Source: Hypanus sabinus
Lineage: Eukaryota
DNA length: 64,000 nucleotides
Assembly: GCF_030144855.1 (NCBI RefSeq)
Contig: NC_082717.1
Coordinates: forward strand, 85,932,001 to 85,996,000
Direction: 5' to 3'
Shown here: piece after piece, positions 32,218 to 44,395 of the stretch
How positions within the stretch are numbered: the first letter of the stretch is position 1
Layout: the number at the start of each line of letters is the position of its first letter
Made by a program: the position numbers and the translations under genes
Notes under the pieces: model-generated
The model's database searches: none
Seen by the model: only the letters and a program-made list of their open reading frames with translations
What the model was told of the DNA's origin: nothing

Positions 32218-33112
32218 GAGGGAAACCAGAGGTCCATAAGCCGTGCTCGTCGAAGGATCAGAGGTGGAGAGGGCGAGTAACTTTAAATTCCTGGGTGTCA
32301 CTATCTCAGAAGGCCTGTCCTGGACACATCATATAAATGCAATTGCAAAGAAAGCATGACAGTGCCTCTGAATATACAACTAAATATGTTATCTATTAAC
32401 AATGTAATCTGAACAATTGTGTAACAATACTATGTATATCCACTATTGTGATATTAATAAAAAGATTGAAAAAGAAAAATGAAAGACAATGCCTCTACTT
32501 CCTTAGGAGTCGGCAGGGATTTGGCATATCATCAAAAACCTTGACAAGCTTTTATAGATGTGTTGTGTAAAGTGTATTTACAGGCTGCATTACGGTCTGG
32601 GATGAGAACACCAATGCCTTTGAGTGGAAAATCTTACAAAAGGTAGTAAATTTGGCTTAGTAAATTACAGGTAAAGCCCTCCCAACGATTGAGCACATCT
32701 GTATGAAATGCTGTCTTAGGAAAGCAGCATCCATCATCAAAGATCCTTACTACCCAGCCGTGCTCTTTTCTCACTCCTGCCATCAGGTAGAAGGTACAAG
32801 AGCTTTACGACTTGCACCACCATCCACCCCTCAATCATAAACTCTTGAACGAAAAACTCTTTAACTACACTCATCTATTAGATGTTCCCACAACCAATGC
32901 TCTCACTTTAAGGACTCTATCTTGTTATATCATGCTCTTGTTACTTACTGCTATTTGCATTTGCACACTTGCCTGTCTTCTATACTCTTACTTCCATTGA
33001 TCCTGTTTACGGTCACTAGTCTATAGATTTGCTGAGTATTCCAACAGGAAAAAGAATCTCAGGGCTGTATGTGGTCTCATGAATGTACTCTGATAAATTA
33101 ATTTTACTTTGA
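32218..33112 (+). mobile_element. Rex1/Babar LINE 3' fragment
   Basis: VERASNFKFLGVTISEGLSW, FYRCVV*SVFTGCITVW, RKAASIIKDP..LFSLLPSGRRYKS. Confidence 0.8.
32370..32484 (+). mobile_element. Short retroposed 3' tail (AATAAA + A-rich end), probably L1/Tx1-type, with 12-bp TSD
   Basis: TSD gacagtgcctct (32358-32369) / gacaatgcctct (32485-32496). Ends aataaaaagattgaaaaagaaaaatgaaa. Confidence 0.65.
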
Positions 33113-35490
33113 CTTACTCATTGTGCAAACAAAGTTTTCTGATATAGAAAATTACAACAATTTACAAAAATCAGTGTATAAAATTTCTCCTCCAGCCTAT
33201 ACAGGAGTCCTGATCCTGAAATTTTGATTCATTTCCCAGCTCTTCAATCACAGGAGTCTCTCAGGAACTTCCCTGTCAGATACTAACAATTATCAATGCT
33301 TCAAACCTCTTCTGAAGTCTGGATCTGTCGATCTCTACCCAATACATGTAGAAATCTTCTGATTTCTACATGTATTCCTGAATTACAAATGGTTAATTTA
33401 CAAATTTTCCCCATAGCACCGCTGACTCTTTGGGGGGTACGTGTTCAATTTATGAATCTATTTTTCACTCTAATGAAGAGCATACACATAAATATAAACT
33501 GCATCAAGATAATGTATTTTGTAGTCTTTCAATTTCTGAAATTTCACTTGTTGCTTCTGGGAATACTTTGCTTTCATAAATTGAAGGATAGCTATATATT
33601 CATTAGTTTGGACCAATGGAGTTGAGAGCAGGTGGATGTTAACACATATCAATTTAATTACTAAGTAAAAGAGAAATTCACGCCAATGTGCAATAAATGA
33701 TTTAAACTCCACCATTCTCCCAAAATTCAGAATCACATTGAGGCTTTCCAATTAGACTTACTTTTGTATTCAAGAATGTTACTCAGATTTCATGCTGATT
33801 AAATACAATGTGCAGTTCTGAGCATGCTACCAATAATTTGCCTTCAAGATGACTCAAAGTAGTTCATGCAACCCAGGCACTTGTGGCTCATTACAGATTA
33901 GCAATAAAGTGGACAGAAAATGATAACTTACAAAGCTATCAAAAGCATTACAAATGAAATATTGTGCAGCTCCTGTGACATTTTCTAGTTAATTCAAATT
34001 TGTTTTACAATCACAATTCAATGACTAAATTCTTTTTACTAACAATGGTGACAGTTCACAAGTTGATACTATATAAAGCAACAGTCAATATGTGAATTGA
34101 AAAGTACAAATTCATGCATTCGAAAACTTAATTTTGCAGTAAGCAGTCAGTAACATTTTAAGTGTTTTATTTGAAAACCAGTTATCCTTCAGTCTGTTGT
34201 GAACTTTAATGATTCATAACTAAGATGTCTAAAAAGATTAAGAGAAACAAATGGTTCAAAATCCTTTAACAGGAGGCTCTCCATATCAGCAGCATATCAG
34301 CGTGGGAAGATGGGCCCCATATATATAGGCAGTGGGCTGGAACCTCAACGATGGCTTTGGTCTGCCCAAGTGTTCAGATGAAAGAAATATTTGACCACTG
34401 AGGTCTATCAATCAAGAAGTAATGAAGGAGTCAAAGGACACAAAAGTAAGTAAAGCTAGATATAATCACTGTATGTATGAAAACCAATGCTCAATTTTCA
34501 GATAAAGTAGCCAAGAAACAGCATTTAGGTAAAATGAAGGCTTGAACAAGGATAGATTTAAGGCCGTCAAAGGTAAGCATGAGGGCATGGTGGAGAGAAC
34601 AATGCTAGTGCTAATGACTAGATGAACAAGATTGAAAGCTATCAAGTATTAAACCATCCAGCTGGCCAGTCAAGTAGTTGCAAGTTGGGTGGCTTGGTCA
34701 GCTACGCCAAAGGTTGCAGGCAGATTAAGGAAGACAAGCAGAGAAAGATTACTTGTTGCAATCTAGGATACTATTGATTTTGATTGGAGTGGGTTAAGTG
34801 CCAAAGTGGAGTCATTAAACTGATGGGAAGCAAACAGTTCAAGGCAAGATACACAGATTGAAAAGCTCAACATTTAAGAACTGTGAAAAGGGAAGAAAAG
34901 TTGGCAAGGAGCCATTAGTTTTCAAGGAAGGTTCATATCTAAATAGCTGTAGTGACTTGTAGAAATTTGAGAACAATTTCTTTAGCTCTATGCTACTGCT
35001 TGCTTCCACTTCTGTAACCCAAATGCAAGACCCATTCTCTAAAGACCTTTACATGTAACTAAACCTGACATTTCCAATGGTCTATAGAGGATGTGCTCCA
35101 TTGAGAAATGTGCTTGCTATGAAACAAAATATCAAAGAACCTGATCATTTACTTATTGCTTTTTGTGGAAGTACGGACTGATTGCTCATCTTTCTTACGA
35201 GAATGAAATTGTTTAAAACAACTGGTTGTTAAGTACTTATGGTATTCGTAATTCCATAGTTAATTTCAGTTAAATCCTAAAATGCATGAACCCTATGGTT
35301 ATACTGTTAAACTCCTAATGTGTTCATGGTCTGCACTTTAGTCAATGTGTGTTACAGGGTATTGCTATGTGAATCACAGTTTGATCAGGGTCAACAGTGT
35401 CATTTGTACTTTAAGAAGCCACACTGTGTGACTCTTGTCAAATTAGGAACTTTCCAAGGTTTTTTGCAGTAGAGAAAAACCAGGCAGCTA

Positions 35491-36011
35491 CAAGGGGTGA
35501 TTGGTAAGTTCGTGGCCTAAGGTAGGAGTCAATTTTAGAAAACCTAGCACATTTATTTTTCAACATGGTCTTCTCCTACATTTACACACTTAGTCCAGCG
35601 GTTGTAGAGCATACAGATCCATTCTTTGTAGAAATTGGCATCTTGTACCTCCAGAAAGTGGTCCACAGCAGGGGTGATTGTTAAGTTTATGGCCTAAGGT
35701 AGAAGGAGATGAGTTATACAGTTCTCGTTACATGCACGTGCAGTTCAACTCTTTGAGTGATAACGTAGAAAGTTTGAAGTTAATAACTCATCTCTTTCTA
35801 CCTTAGGCCACAAACTTATCAATCACCCCTGGTGTGGACCACTTTCTGGAGGTCCAAGACTCTAACTTCTACAAAGAAAGGATCCGTATGCTCCATGACC
35901 GCTGGACTAAGTGTGTAAAAATGTAGGAGGGGACTATGTCAAAAAATAAGTGTGCTAGGTTTTCTAAAATTGACTTCTACCTTAGGCCACAAACTTATCG
36001 ATCACCTATCG
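35491..36011. mobile_element. Mariner-derived palindromic MITE (about 230-bp arms)
   Basis: TA|CAAGGGGTGATTGGTAAGTTCGTGGCCTAAGGTAG ... CTACCTTAGGCCACAAACTTATCGATCACCTATCG|TA. The arms encode a mariner C-terminus FYKERIRMLHDRWTKCV..GGDYV. Confidence 0.88.
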
Positions 36012-37115
36012 TATACTGTCGGACTTTAAATAAGGCACTTATTTATTAGAGAAAATGGTTTCATCCCATATTTACTTCAAAGTATTGTATTGTTTTCCAT
36101 GAAATTTGCTTGCATGTCCAAAAGAGTTTCCTGGAAACCAAGTGAGATGTACAACTTATTAAGCCTCCGTGGATGGAGAAATTGGATTTGTTTTTCATGT
36201 AATCAGCCTTCTGGTATGCTGTAGGATCTTGGCAAACCTACCTCCCTCATGCTTCTGCCAGCTCTCCTCCCTGAGCCTGTTATCTTATGTTTCTTTCCCC
36301 TTCCTTTTCTCCTTAACTTGCAATTTGCCTGCTTTCTCAATTTACTTCCTCCAGGGGGAAAGACTCTCCATGACCCTGTGAAGAAGCAGCCCTTGCCCAG
36401 ATGCAATGTGTAAGGCCTGCTCTATTCCACGTGATGTCCTTATCCATCATATGGAGAGATGTTAATAACCTCGAACATATTTTTTAGTCAGGATGGTTTG
36501 TTACCTGGAAGAGTACTTGGAGCTGCTGACATTCCCATGTTCCTGACGTTCATACACTTTTCTGCTGCAGACATTGTAAGCAGACACATCTTTCTGTAGC
36601 CTTGGTGAGTTGCTGTGCTACATTCCACAGATGACCCAGACTAATGTCATGGATCAGCAATGGCAAAGGGAGTGGATGCTTTACTGTGCCTATTGTCTTG
36701 TTTATCAATTATTGTACTGTCTTGTGCACTTTATGTAGTCCCACGTAGGTCTGAAGACTAACGTAGTTTTATGTTGTTTCACATAGTCTAGTGTAGTTTT
36801 GTGTTTCATGTAGCACCATGGTCCTGGAGGAACGTTGTTTCGTTTTTACTGTGTACTGTACCAGCATTTATGGCTGAAATGACAATAGAAATGACTTGAC
36901 TTGACTTGGATTGAGGGCTGTACATCAAATAAGTGGCTACTTTGATCAGGATTGCAGTTTCTTGACATTTCTTTGCTGTACTCATCCAGGAAATTGATGA
37001 TATGCTATCACATTTTTGACATTTGCAATATTGATAATGCAAAGGTGTTTCCAAGTACCCCTGCAGAATATTGTTTCTTACCATTCTTGCACAGAAGTAG
37101 TTATGTGGCTGAAAT

Positions 37116-37317
37116 AACACACACAAAATGCTGGTGGAACACAGCAGGCCAGGCAGCATCTATAGGGAGAAGCACTGTCAACGTTTCGTCAGGATCTCAG
37201 CCCGAAACGTCGACAGTGCTTCTCCCTATAGATGCTGCCTGGCCTGCTGTGTTCCACCAGCATTTTGTGTGTGTTGTTTGAATTTCCAGCATCTGCAGAT
37301 TTCCTCGTGTTTGCTCG
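37116..37317. mobile_element. Young PLE-derived palindromic insertion (73-bp arms) with 14-bp TSD
   Basis: Arms 37116-37188 and 37203-37275 match at 72/73. TSD tatgtggctgaaat (37102-37115) / tatgtggttgaaat (37318-37331). Confidence 0.88.
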
Positions 37318-37802
37318 TATGTGGTTGAAATGTTAGGATGTTAATTATGGGAGGATTGATCACAACAAAATAGCCACCACTTGTGCAGATTGAATCAAAC
37401 TTGCCACTGATTTAATGTTATCCACAACTTACTGTTCTGCAGCAAGGAACTTCATTATCTGCAGTTGCAAACGGAACTGAACAAAAAGACATTCACTGAT
37501 TACTCAGCTTCTATGTTTATATTGGAAGAAAAGTTGTTGATAAAGAAGTTGAATATGGTTAACATTCAGCTGCTACCCTGGATACCTTTAAAGGAATGTT
37601 CTGAAGTTACGAATGACTGATAGACAAAATTCTCCTTGAATTGTATTGACTTCAAATTTGCAAAAGTTTCTTAAAAATACAGTCAAATACTCCCTTGAGT
37701 CACATCGTCCCTCCTCTGGTATTCAGCTACCTTGTCCATATCTACATAAAGAGTGTAAAGAGATCTGGATAAACAGCCCTAACAAAACTGATCATCAACG
37801 TC

Positions 37803-38210
37803 AAAAACAAAAGCAAAGTACTGGAGGAACTCAACAGATCAGCATCTATGGAGGAAAATGAATAGTTGATGTTTCAGGTCAAAACTCTTCATCTGGACTG
37901 AAAGACCATAAGGTTGGCAACCAGAATAAAAAGGTGACGGGCAAGAGATAAGGTAAGAACTGGCAAGCAACCGGAGGATCCAGGTGATGGGTGATTGGTG
38001 GTGGGGGGGGGGGGAGGAGGAGGAGGGTGGTAATAACTAGGAGATGGTAGGTGCAGGTATCAAAGGGCTGCAGATGGTCAAAATTTATATGACAGGACTG
38101 TCATGGAACCAAATAAGGGAGATGCGGTGGATAGACAGTGGGGTGTGTGCGGGTGATAAAGGGAAATGGGTTGAAGAGGGAAAATAATCCGGTTGTTAGG
38201 GTCAGGGGAT
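37803..38210 (-). mobile_element. PLE 3' UTR fragment with a degenerate hammerhead
   Basis: The minus strand has a pyrimidine-rich UTR, then cagtcCAGATGAagagttttgacctGAAACatcaac, then the family tail. Confidence 0.7.
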
Positions 38211-38336
38211 TTCCCATCATTGATCTATTTAAATGCACAACTGCTCAATTCTTTCATCACCTGCTAAAATTAAGCAGGTAGATCCTTCAAGGCTTCACAG
38301 GTTCAATCAAATGTTGACACCACTAAGCTACTCTTG

Positions 38337-38650
38337 GAGACACAAGAGACTGCAGATGTTGGAATCTGGATGAACAATCTGGAGGGGAGAAAGAACTCTC
38401 TCCATCTATTTTTTTTGCTTACCTGTCTCCATTTCCACCATTGCTCAACTCCACTCCTTGCCCCTTTTAACTGGCACAACCTGCAGTGGTCATGTAGCAC
38501 TCCCTCATCCACAAATCACCTCCAACTCTTGTTTCATCATTCGCCTTCTCCACTTCATACTGGCCACTTTACCAATCTACACCCTGATGCAGTGGTATGA
38601 CTCAAAACGTTAAAAGAATTAAAAATACTGCTTGATCCACTAAATTCCCA
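38337..38650. repeat. Old PLE-derived inverted fragment with 3' UTR
   Basis: Head gagacacaagagactgcagatgttggaatctgg, a pyrimidine-rich UTR, and ccctgatgcagtggtatgactcaaaacgtt (decayed hammerhead). Confidence 0.6.
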
Positions 38651-39354
38651 CTCTTGGTGATAATCAATGAAGTTAACCTACTAAAGTAAAGCTTGCATTG
38701 CTCTCTTTGATGAGTCAAAACCCAGCAACATGAACAAGAATCTGGGATGTTATCCAAAAGGTATAATTTTATAAGTATGACTGGTGATTGTGTAGCTTGT
38801 GAGACAACTCTCCAAACTGATGCAAAAGTCTGTAGAAGACTTTGGTTGATTGAGTTGAAGCTCACATCCAATGCCAGTAACTTGTTTGATGGTAAATGAT
38901 TCCTTAAGGTTGTCACAGCTGCGGGGGGGGGGGGGGAATAAAAGGGGATAAGCTCCCACTACCTATTAAAAGCCCCCACTAGAATGCATCTCAAATAGCC
39001 TCTGATAACCAAGTCCAACATCTGACCTTCACATGTGGCTTAGTTACCAAGCTCAGTGGAACCACCTCTACTGACAGGAGAAGGGGTAAAGGTGGATTAC
39101 TAGTGCCTTAAAACTTGTCACTTTGGGCAAACAGGGTTTGACAGCTCATCCAGCTCTAATCTCAAATTCCACTGCATGCAGCTATATCCACTCATGGGGG
39201 AAGGATTCACCCCAAGGAAAAATTTGGGAGTCCCCAAGGCTTTGAGTTCAACATTCAGTTCAACACTGACCACTACGACGTCACAGGTGTCGAACTGTAT
39301 TGGTCTCTGCTGCTTCTTTGGATTCATCAGCTGTGTGGGAGGGGAAGCCTGTTT

Positions 39355-39903
39355 TACTTGGAGTATTGTCAACAGTTTTGGGCCCCATATCTCAGAAAGG
39401 ATGTGTTGCCATTGGAGAGAGTCCAAAGGAGGTTCACGAGGATGATTTCAAAAATGAAAGGGTTAACATATGAAAAGTGTTTGGCAGCATTGGGCCTGTA
39501 TTGACTGGAATTTAAAAGAATGTAGGGGAATCTCATTGAAACCTACCGAATGTTGAAAGGACTAGATAGGGTGGATGTGGAGAGGACGTTTCCTATGGTG
39601 GGGGTATCTAGAACTAGAAAGCACAGCCTCAAAATTGAGAGGTGACCCCTTAGAACAGAGGTAAGGAGGAGTTTTTTTTTAAAGCCAGAGAGTAGTAAAT
39701 CTGTGGAATGCTCTGCCACAGACTGCAGTGGAGGCCAAGGCTGTGAGTATATTTAAGATGGAAGTTGATTGTTTCCTGATCGGTCAGGACATCAAAGGAA
39801 ATGGCGAGAATGTTGAGTGGGATCCAGGATCAGCCATGTTGGAATGGTGAGCAGGCTCGATGAGCTGAATGGCCTAATTCTGCTCCTATGTCTTACGGTC
39901 TTA
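39355..39903 (+). mobile_element. 5'-truncated CR1 3' end, apparently nested in an unclassified repeat (about 38920-40012)
   Basis: LEYCQQFWAPYLRKDVLPLERVQRRFTRMI; typical 3' UTR gaatggcctaattctgctcctatgtcttacggtctta. Confidence 0.88.
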
Positions 39904-40969
39904 AAGCGTGCTGCACGCAGGCTCCAGATTGTACTGGCATGGTTTGCATATCGACTGATCATAGACGGCTAGAACGCAACATTCATATTGACCCTGATCA
40001 ATGAAGGCCTCGAAGGTTAATGTCATGTGGTTTATTCTGTTTTGTTGCTATTTGTTTTGATGTGGCAGCTTAAAGGGTCACTTCACACAGCAGTTAAGAC
40101 CCAATCACACTGTTTGATCTAGGATGTATATATTTCGGCAGTTTTGGGCAGGGGCAGCACACGACTCCTCCTACAAGGCATTTGTGAAAGAGATAAAGTT
40201 TTTAAGACATTTAGTTGTTTTAAAGTGTAGCTGTTAACTCCCAGACTTTACAATTCAATTAGCTGAATTCAAATACTCGAGCTGCTGTGATGGAACTTGA
40301 AGTCTCCTCTCAGGATCTTTAAGTCCACGTCATTCCTATTCTGCAAACTTAACCAATTTTATTACTTATGACTGTCATTAGATCAAGAAAAATGCTTACA
40401 AATTTTGCCAACACGGAAACAAAGCCCAGGATTGAGGGAAAAAAAATCAGAATTCTGCATATAAGATCAAGGTACTGAACAGAAAAGGTAAAGAAAAAGA
40501 GAAAGCTAATGAAGTAACACCAGAATAAAAAGTCCCAAAGATGAGTAAAAAGGAAAAGATTAGCTACAAGTTATATGGGTCCTTTACGGACTGAGACAAG
40601 TGAAATTACAATTATTGTGTTTGTCTTCAAGATACAGAAATCCTTCTATAATTAGTGAAAATTAAATGGGGAGCTCAAAAAAGCTTTGAAATAAGTGGGT
40701 ATAGTGATGGTGGATACACTTGAAAATCATCTTTGAAAATTGCAGAGATCAAATCACCCACAGTTTGGAAGATTCAAAATGTAAACCAGAGAGAGAAAAA
40801 GAAAAATAGGGGGAACTATAGACCTGCTGATCAGTCACAGAATTCAGTATTAACAAGGCGGTGAAAGGTTCCTTGGAAAATAGCATTAAAATTGGGTAGT
40901 CAACATGGATAGACTGCATGAAAGGAAACTATATTTAATAAATCCATTAGAACTCGAGGTTGTAATGAG

Positions 40970-42800
40970 AGAACAGTTCTCTACCTTGAAGAGGCTAATG
41001 TCTAACTCTCTGAGACCCCAGCATATTTTCACATTGGACCACAAATCCACCACCAAATGATTTCATTAATCTAACTTCTCCAAAGATTTTCCTTCCTCAG
41101 CCTCCAGCCTCAGCTTGCTTCTCCCCTCCTCCCTAAGATCCACAAGCAGGACAGTCTTGTGATCTCATTGTTTTGACTTGCTCCAGGTAAATAGAACCCA
41201 TTTCTTCTTGTCTCTCTTCTTAATCTCATTCAGTCTCTTGACACAATATCTGAGAGATCTGTTGCAGTCCACTATTTTGAGAGATTCCAGTTTCATGGCC
41301 TCAACAGCAGATTTTCACCATGCCCAATCCCTTCTGGACAAGATGGTGCTGAAATCATGACTTAGATTTAGTTTTATTAGGTTTGTAGGGATGGTTTTGG
41401 GGGCAGAGAGGGGAGTTAGGGGAGAGGTTAAGGTTTAGAAATAAGGACGTGATGGAGTTAGAGGTAAGGCTGGAGTCTAGACTTCTGCTCCATGCTTGAA
41501 GGTCAGCCACGTGAACGTGTAATGAAGGACAAAGGATGGTGGCCATTCCAGGTCAGCATGTCCTGGGATAACAGATCCATGTGGGGAAGAGGCACGAGGC
41601 TCAGAGTTCGGGGTCCTGTCATTGGCAGGTCCTTGGGTCAATACTGAAGAGAGAAGCCCGAAGATTGAAGACCGAAATTGGCAAGTATGGTAGTTAAGGC
41701 CTGACAGCCGAAGCCCTGGGCCTGTGCGGGTGTGAGTGCACTGGGGAGATCAAAGGCCCAATTTTTGCAACTGTGACTCCACCGTAGGCTGGGGGCCAGG
41801 AGGCAACCTGTCCTGGGGTTAAAGGACTGTCTGTATTTGTGTGTGTCTACTTTGCTGTTATTGTTGCTGTTGATTTTGTTGTTCTGCTGAACATTGTGGG
41901 CATGCTGTGTTGGCACCAGAATGTGTGCTGATACTTGCAGGCTGCCCTCTGCACTTCCGTAGGTTGTGTTGGTTGTTAATACAAATGACACATTCCACTG
42001 TATGCTTTGATGTACATGATAAATGAATATGAATCTATACTTCCATGTCCTGAGTGTCTCTCACTTCCTCCTCAAAGAACTGAACAGTCCTCCTCTTTTG
42101 ATCGAACTCATTTCTCAATTAAAGATCCAGCTACTGAGCTCAAGCTATGCCTGCTTCTTTATGGAATAATTGCATAAGTCCTTGCTTTGAAGTCCCCTAA
42201 CCTCACCAGTTGTTCCAAATCATTACTGACTATATCAATGCTGCTTCCAACTCCTATCGAGAAGTCAAAGATTTCATTGCCTTTCATTTTTCCCTTCCTC
42301 TTCTTGACTTTTCTTTCTCTATCTCAGAGGATAGGTTAGTGACCAATAATCATTAAAAGATAACAGAGCTACCTTGACAACATTGTTTTCTGTAAGCATT
42401 CTATTTCCCCAGTTTCTCAGTCTCCATCTCATCTTTTCTCACAATAACATTTTCCACATATATACCTCCAAAATATCTTCCCTTTTCCTCAAGTATGTCA
42501 TCCCCTCCATTTTAGACATGGCTCTCAATATACCTTTCCCTGTTTCCACACTACTTTTTCAACCACCTCTGCAAACTCTTTCCAACCCAGTCACTGAATG
42601 CCTAACTTCTACCACTTTCATGCAATATCCTCCTCTGACACATCTTTCCCTCCTCTTTCTAAAGAGACTGTTCCTCTCAAAACTCTCCACTGCACTCTTT
42701 CATCTTTACTAACATCCTTTCCCATCTTTGTAGCACTTGCCCAAGCAATTGCAGAATACCGATTACTGGCATCTCCCATCAAAAGGGCCAAAAACTTCTT
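40970..42800 (+). mobile_element. Highly degenerate Penelope-like RT region, interrupted at about 41360-42037 by a non-autonomous repeat
   Basis: ttctcccctcctccctaagatccacaagc (LLPKIHK motif) and LPFLDFSFSISEDRL-like remnants. The insert ends with the LINE-like tail gtacatgataaatgaatatgaatct. Confidence 0.5.
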
Positions 42801-42959
42801 TTGGAGAAGCATGGTTCTTGGTTCCTCTGCATACAAATGACTGAATATTAAAATGGAGATACAGCTGTATAATAAAAATATTTAACTAAATTGATAGAAG
42901 AACCAAGTTCATGAGAGAAGGCTTCTTGCAGTAATTATTTAAAGTTCCTGGAAAACTTT

Positions 42960-43400
42960 GGATAGGTCTGGTTCACATGCCAAAGGATGGACGTACTTAT
43001 AGCGTGAAGAATGCTGCAACAATTCACCAAATTGATTCCTTGCTCAACATTGTTTGTCATATGAAGGACAATTAAGCAGATTTGTGTTTAGTTAGTGAAG
43101 AATGAGAGGTGATCTCATTGAAAAATACATAATTCTTACAGGCTAGGTGCAGAGCTGATATTTTCCCTGGCTAGGGTGTCTATAGCCAGGGGTCATAGTT
43201 TTAAAATAAGAGAATAGACATTAAAGACAATGACAGCAATAAGATTTCTTCATTGGAAGTACTGAACTTCTGGAATCCTGTTACTTAAGGGTTATAGAGT
43301 TAGTGCAGGAACATGATACTGAGATACAAGGTCAGCCATTTCGTTACTGAATGGTAGAGAAGTCACTGGGTGCCAAATGGGCACTGCTGTTTCTAGTTTT
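42960..43400 (+). mobile_element. Old CR1 3' fragment
   Basis: MRGDLIE and RGHSFKIR remnants; 3' UTR tcagccat...gaatggtag. Confidence 0.7.
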
Positions 43401-44197
43401 ACAATAATTCTGTGCTTGCAACAGTACCAGTAAAAGATTATACCTGGCCTCATCCTTCTGCATGTAAAATCAAAGAAGTCAACGAGAATATATCACAATC
43501 ACAAGTCTGAGCACTTTTACCACATACCCCAGTGCAGCTTTTGCCTAAACATATAGCTAGTGGGAAGTCTTGCAAAATATAACAAAATTTACTAACACAA
43601 GTCCTACAAACTTGAAGCAATACATTTTCTGATTCCTGTCAGAGACCTTTTCATAATGCAAGTATGTTAGGTCTAGCCATCAGGTGGAATGTATCAAAGT
43701 GTTGAAATCACATCGTTGAAATGACCAATTTCAAACTGAATCAACAAAAAAAGTCACGATTAAATAAGAAAGCTGAATATACACTAACTTGATTGCGTCT
43801 TTGTTTGCTAATGTCGTTCTCACAAGTCTTTCAATGAAACAGTACAATCATTTTATATACATCCTTGAAAAAAGCATTATCATTGCTACTAACAGAATGA
43901 TTTTGACACAATGAATTACACAAGCAAATTCAGGGAGAGGAAAAGTAATTACAAGCAGGTTCTCTTTTGGTCAAGTGTTTCATTTCCGCTGAATACAATT
44001 CTGATATAATACAACAGTAATCAATTAATTGTTAATTGATTAACAATCATGCATTGCACTAACAGAAGAGAAACAGCCCAAAAGCATAAAGTGTGAATTT
44101 GTAAGTCAGCAAGTAAGATGTTTTGATTACTTATTTGCACTTGGTTAGTATTTCAGAGAGAAAGTCGTTAGTTATAGATGGAATTGTTACATCATAC

Positions 44198-44245
44198 CTA
44201 TGTCAGATACTACGATCTTGGAAAATTTTCTGCTTTTGTTTTTCA
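44198..44245 (-). CDS. STXBP5: STXBP5 alternative exon, 48 nt: (V)KNKSRKFSKIVVSDI (second part of the b-isoform insert)
   Basis: Acceptor tttctag|TG, donor ATAG|gtatga. Matches mammalian VKTKSRKFSKMVANDI. 60+48 nt = 36 aa. Confidence 0.9.
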
Positions 44246-44335
44246 CTAGAAAGGTATAATAATTTATATGTAAATAAAATAAACAGCATTCAATTTTGGA
44301 AAAAAACTGAATTATTTTGTACCATAATACTGTAC

Positions 44336-44395
44336 CCCTTTCTATAAAGTTAGGTAATTTCTGTTCATCTTCAGAATTGCACGAAGAGGGAGAAC
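44336..44395 (-). CDS. STXBP5: STXBP5 alternative exon, 60 nt: (G)SPSSCNSEDEQKLPNFIER (first part of the b-isoform insert)
   Basis: Acceptor cctgtgtag|GT, donor AGGG|gtacag. Matches mammalian GSSSPHNSDDEQKMNNFIEK. Lies in ORF 44187..44411. Confidence 0.9.
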
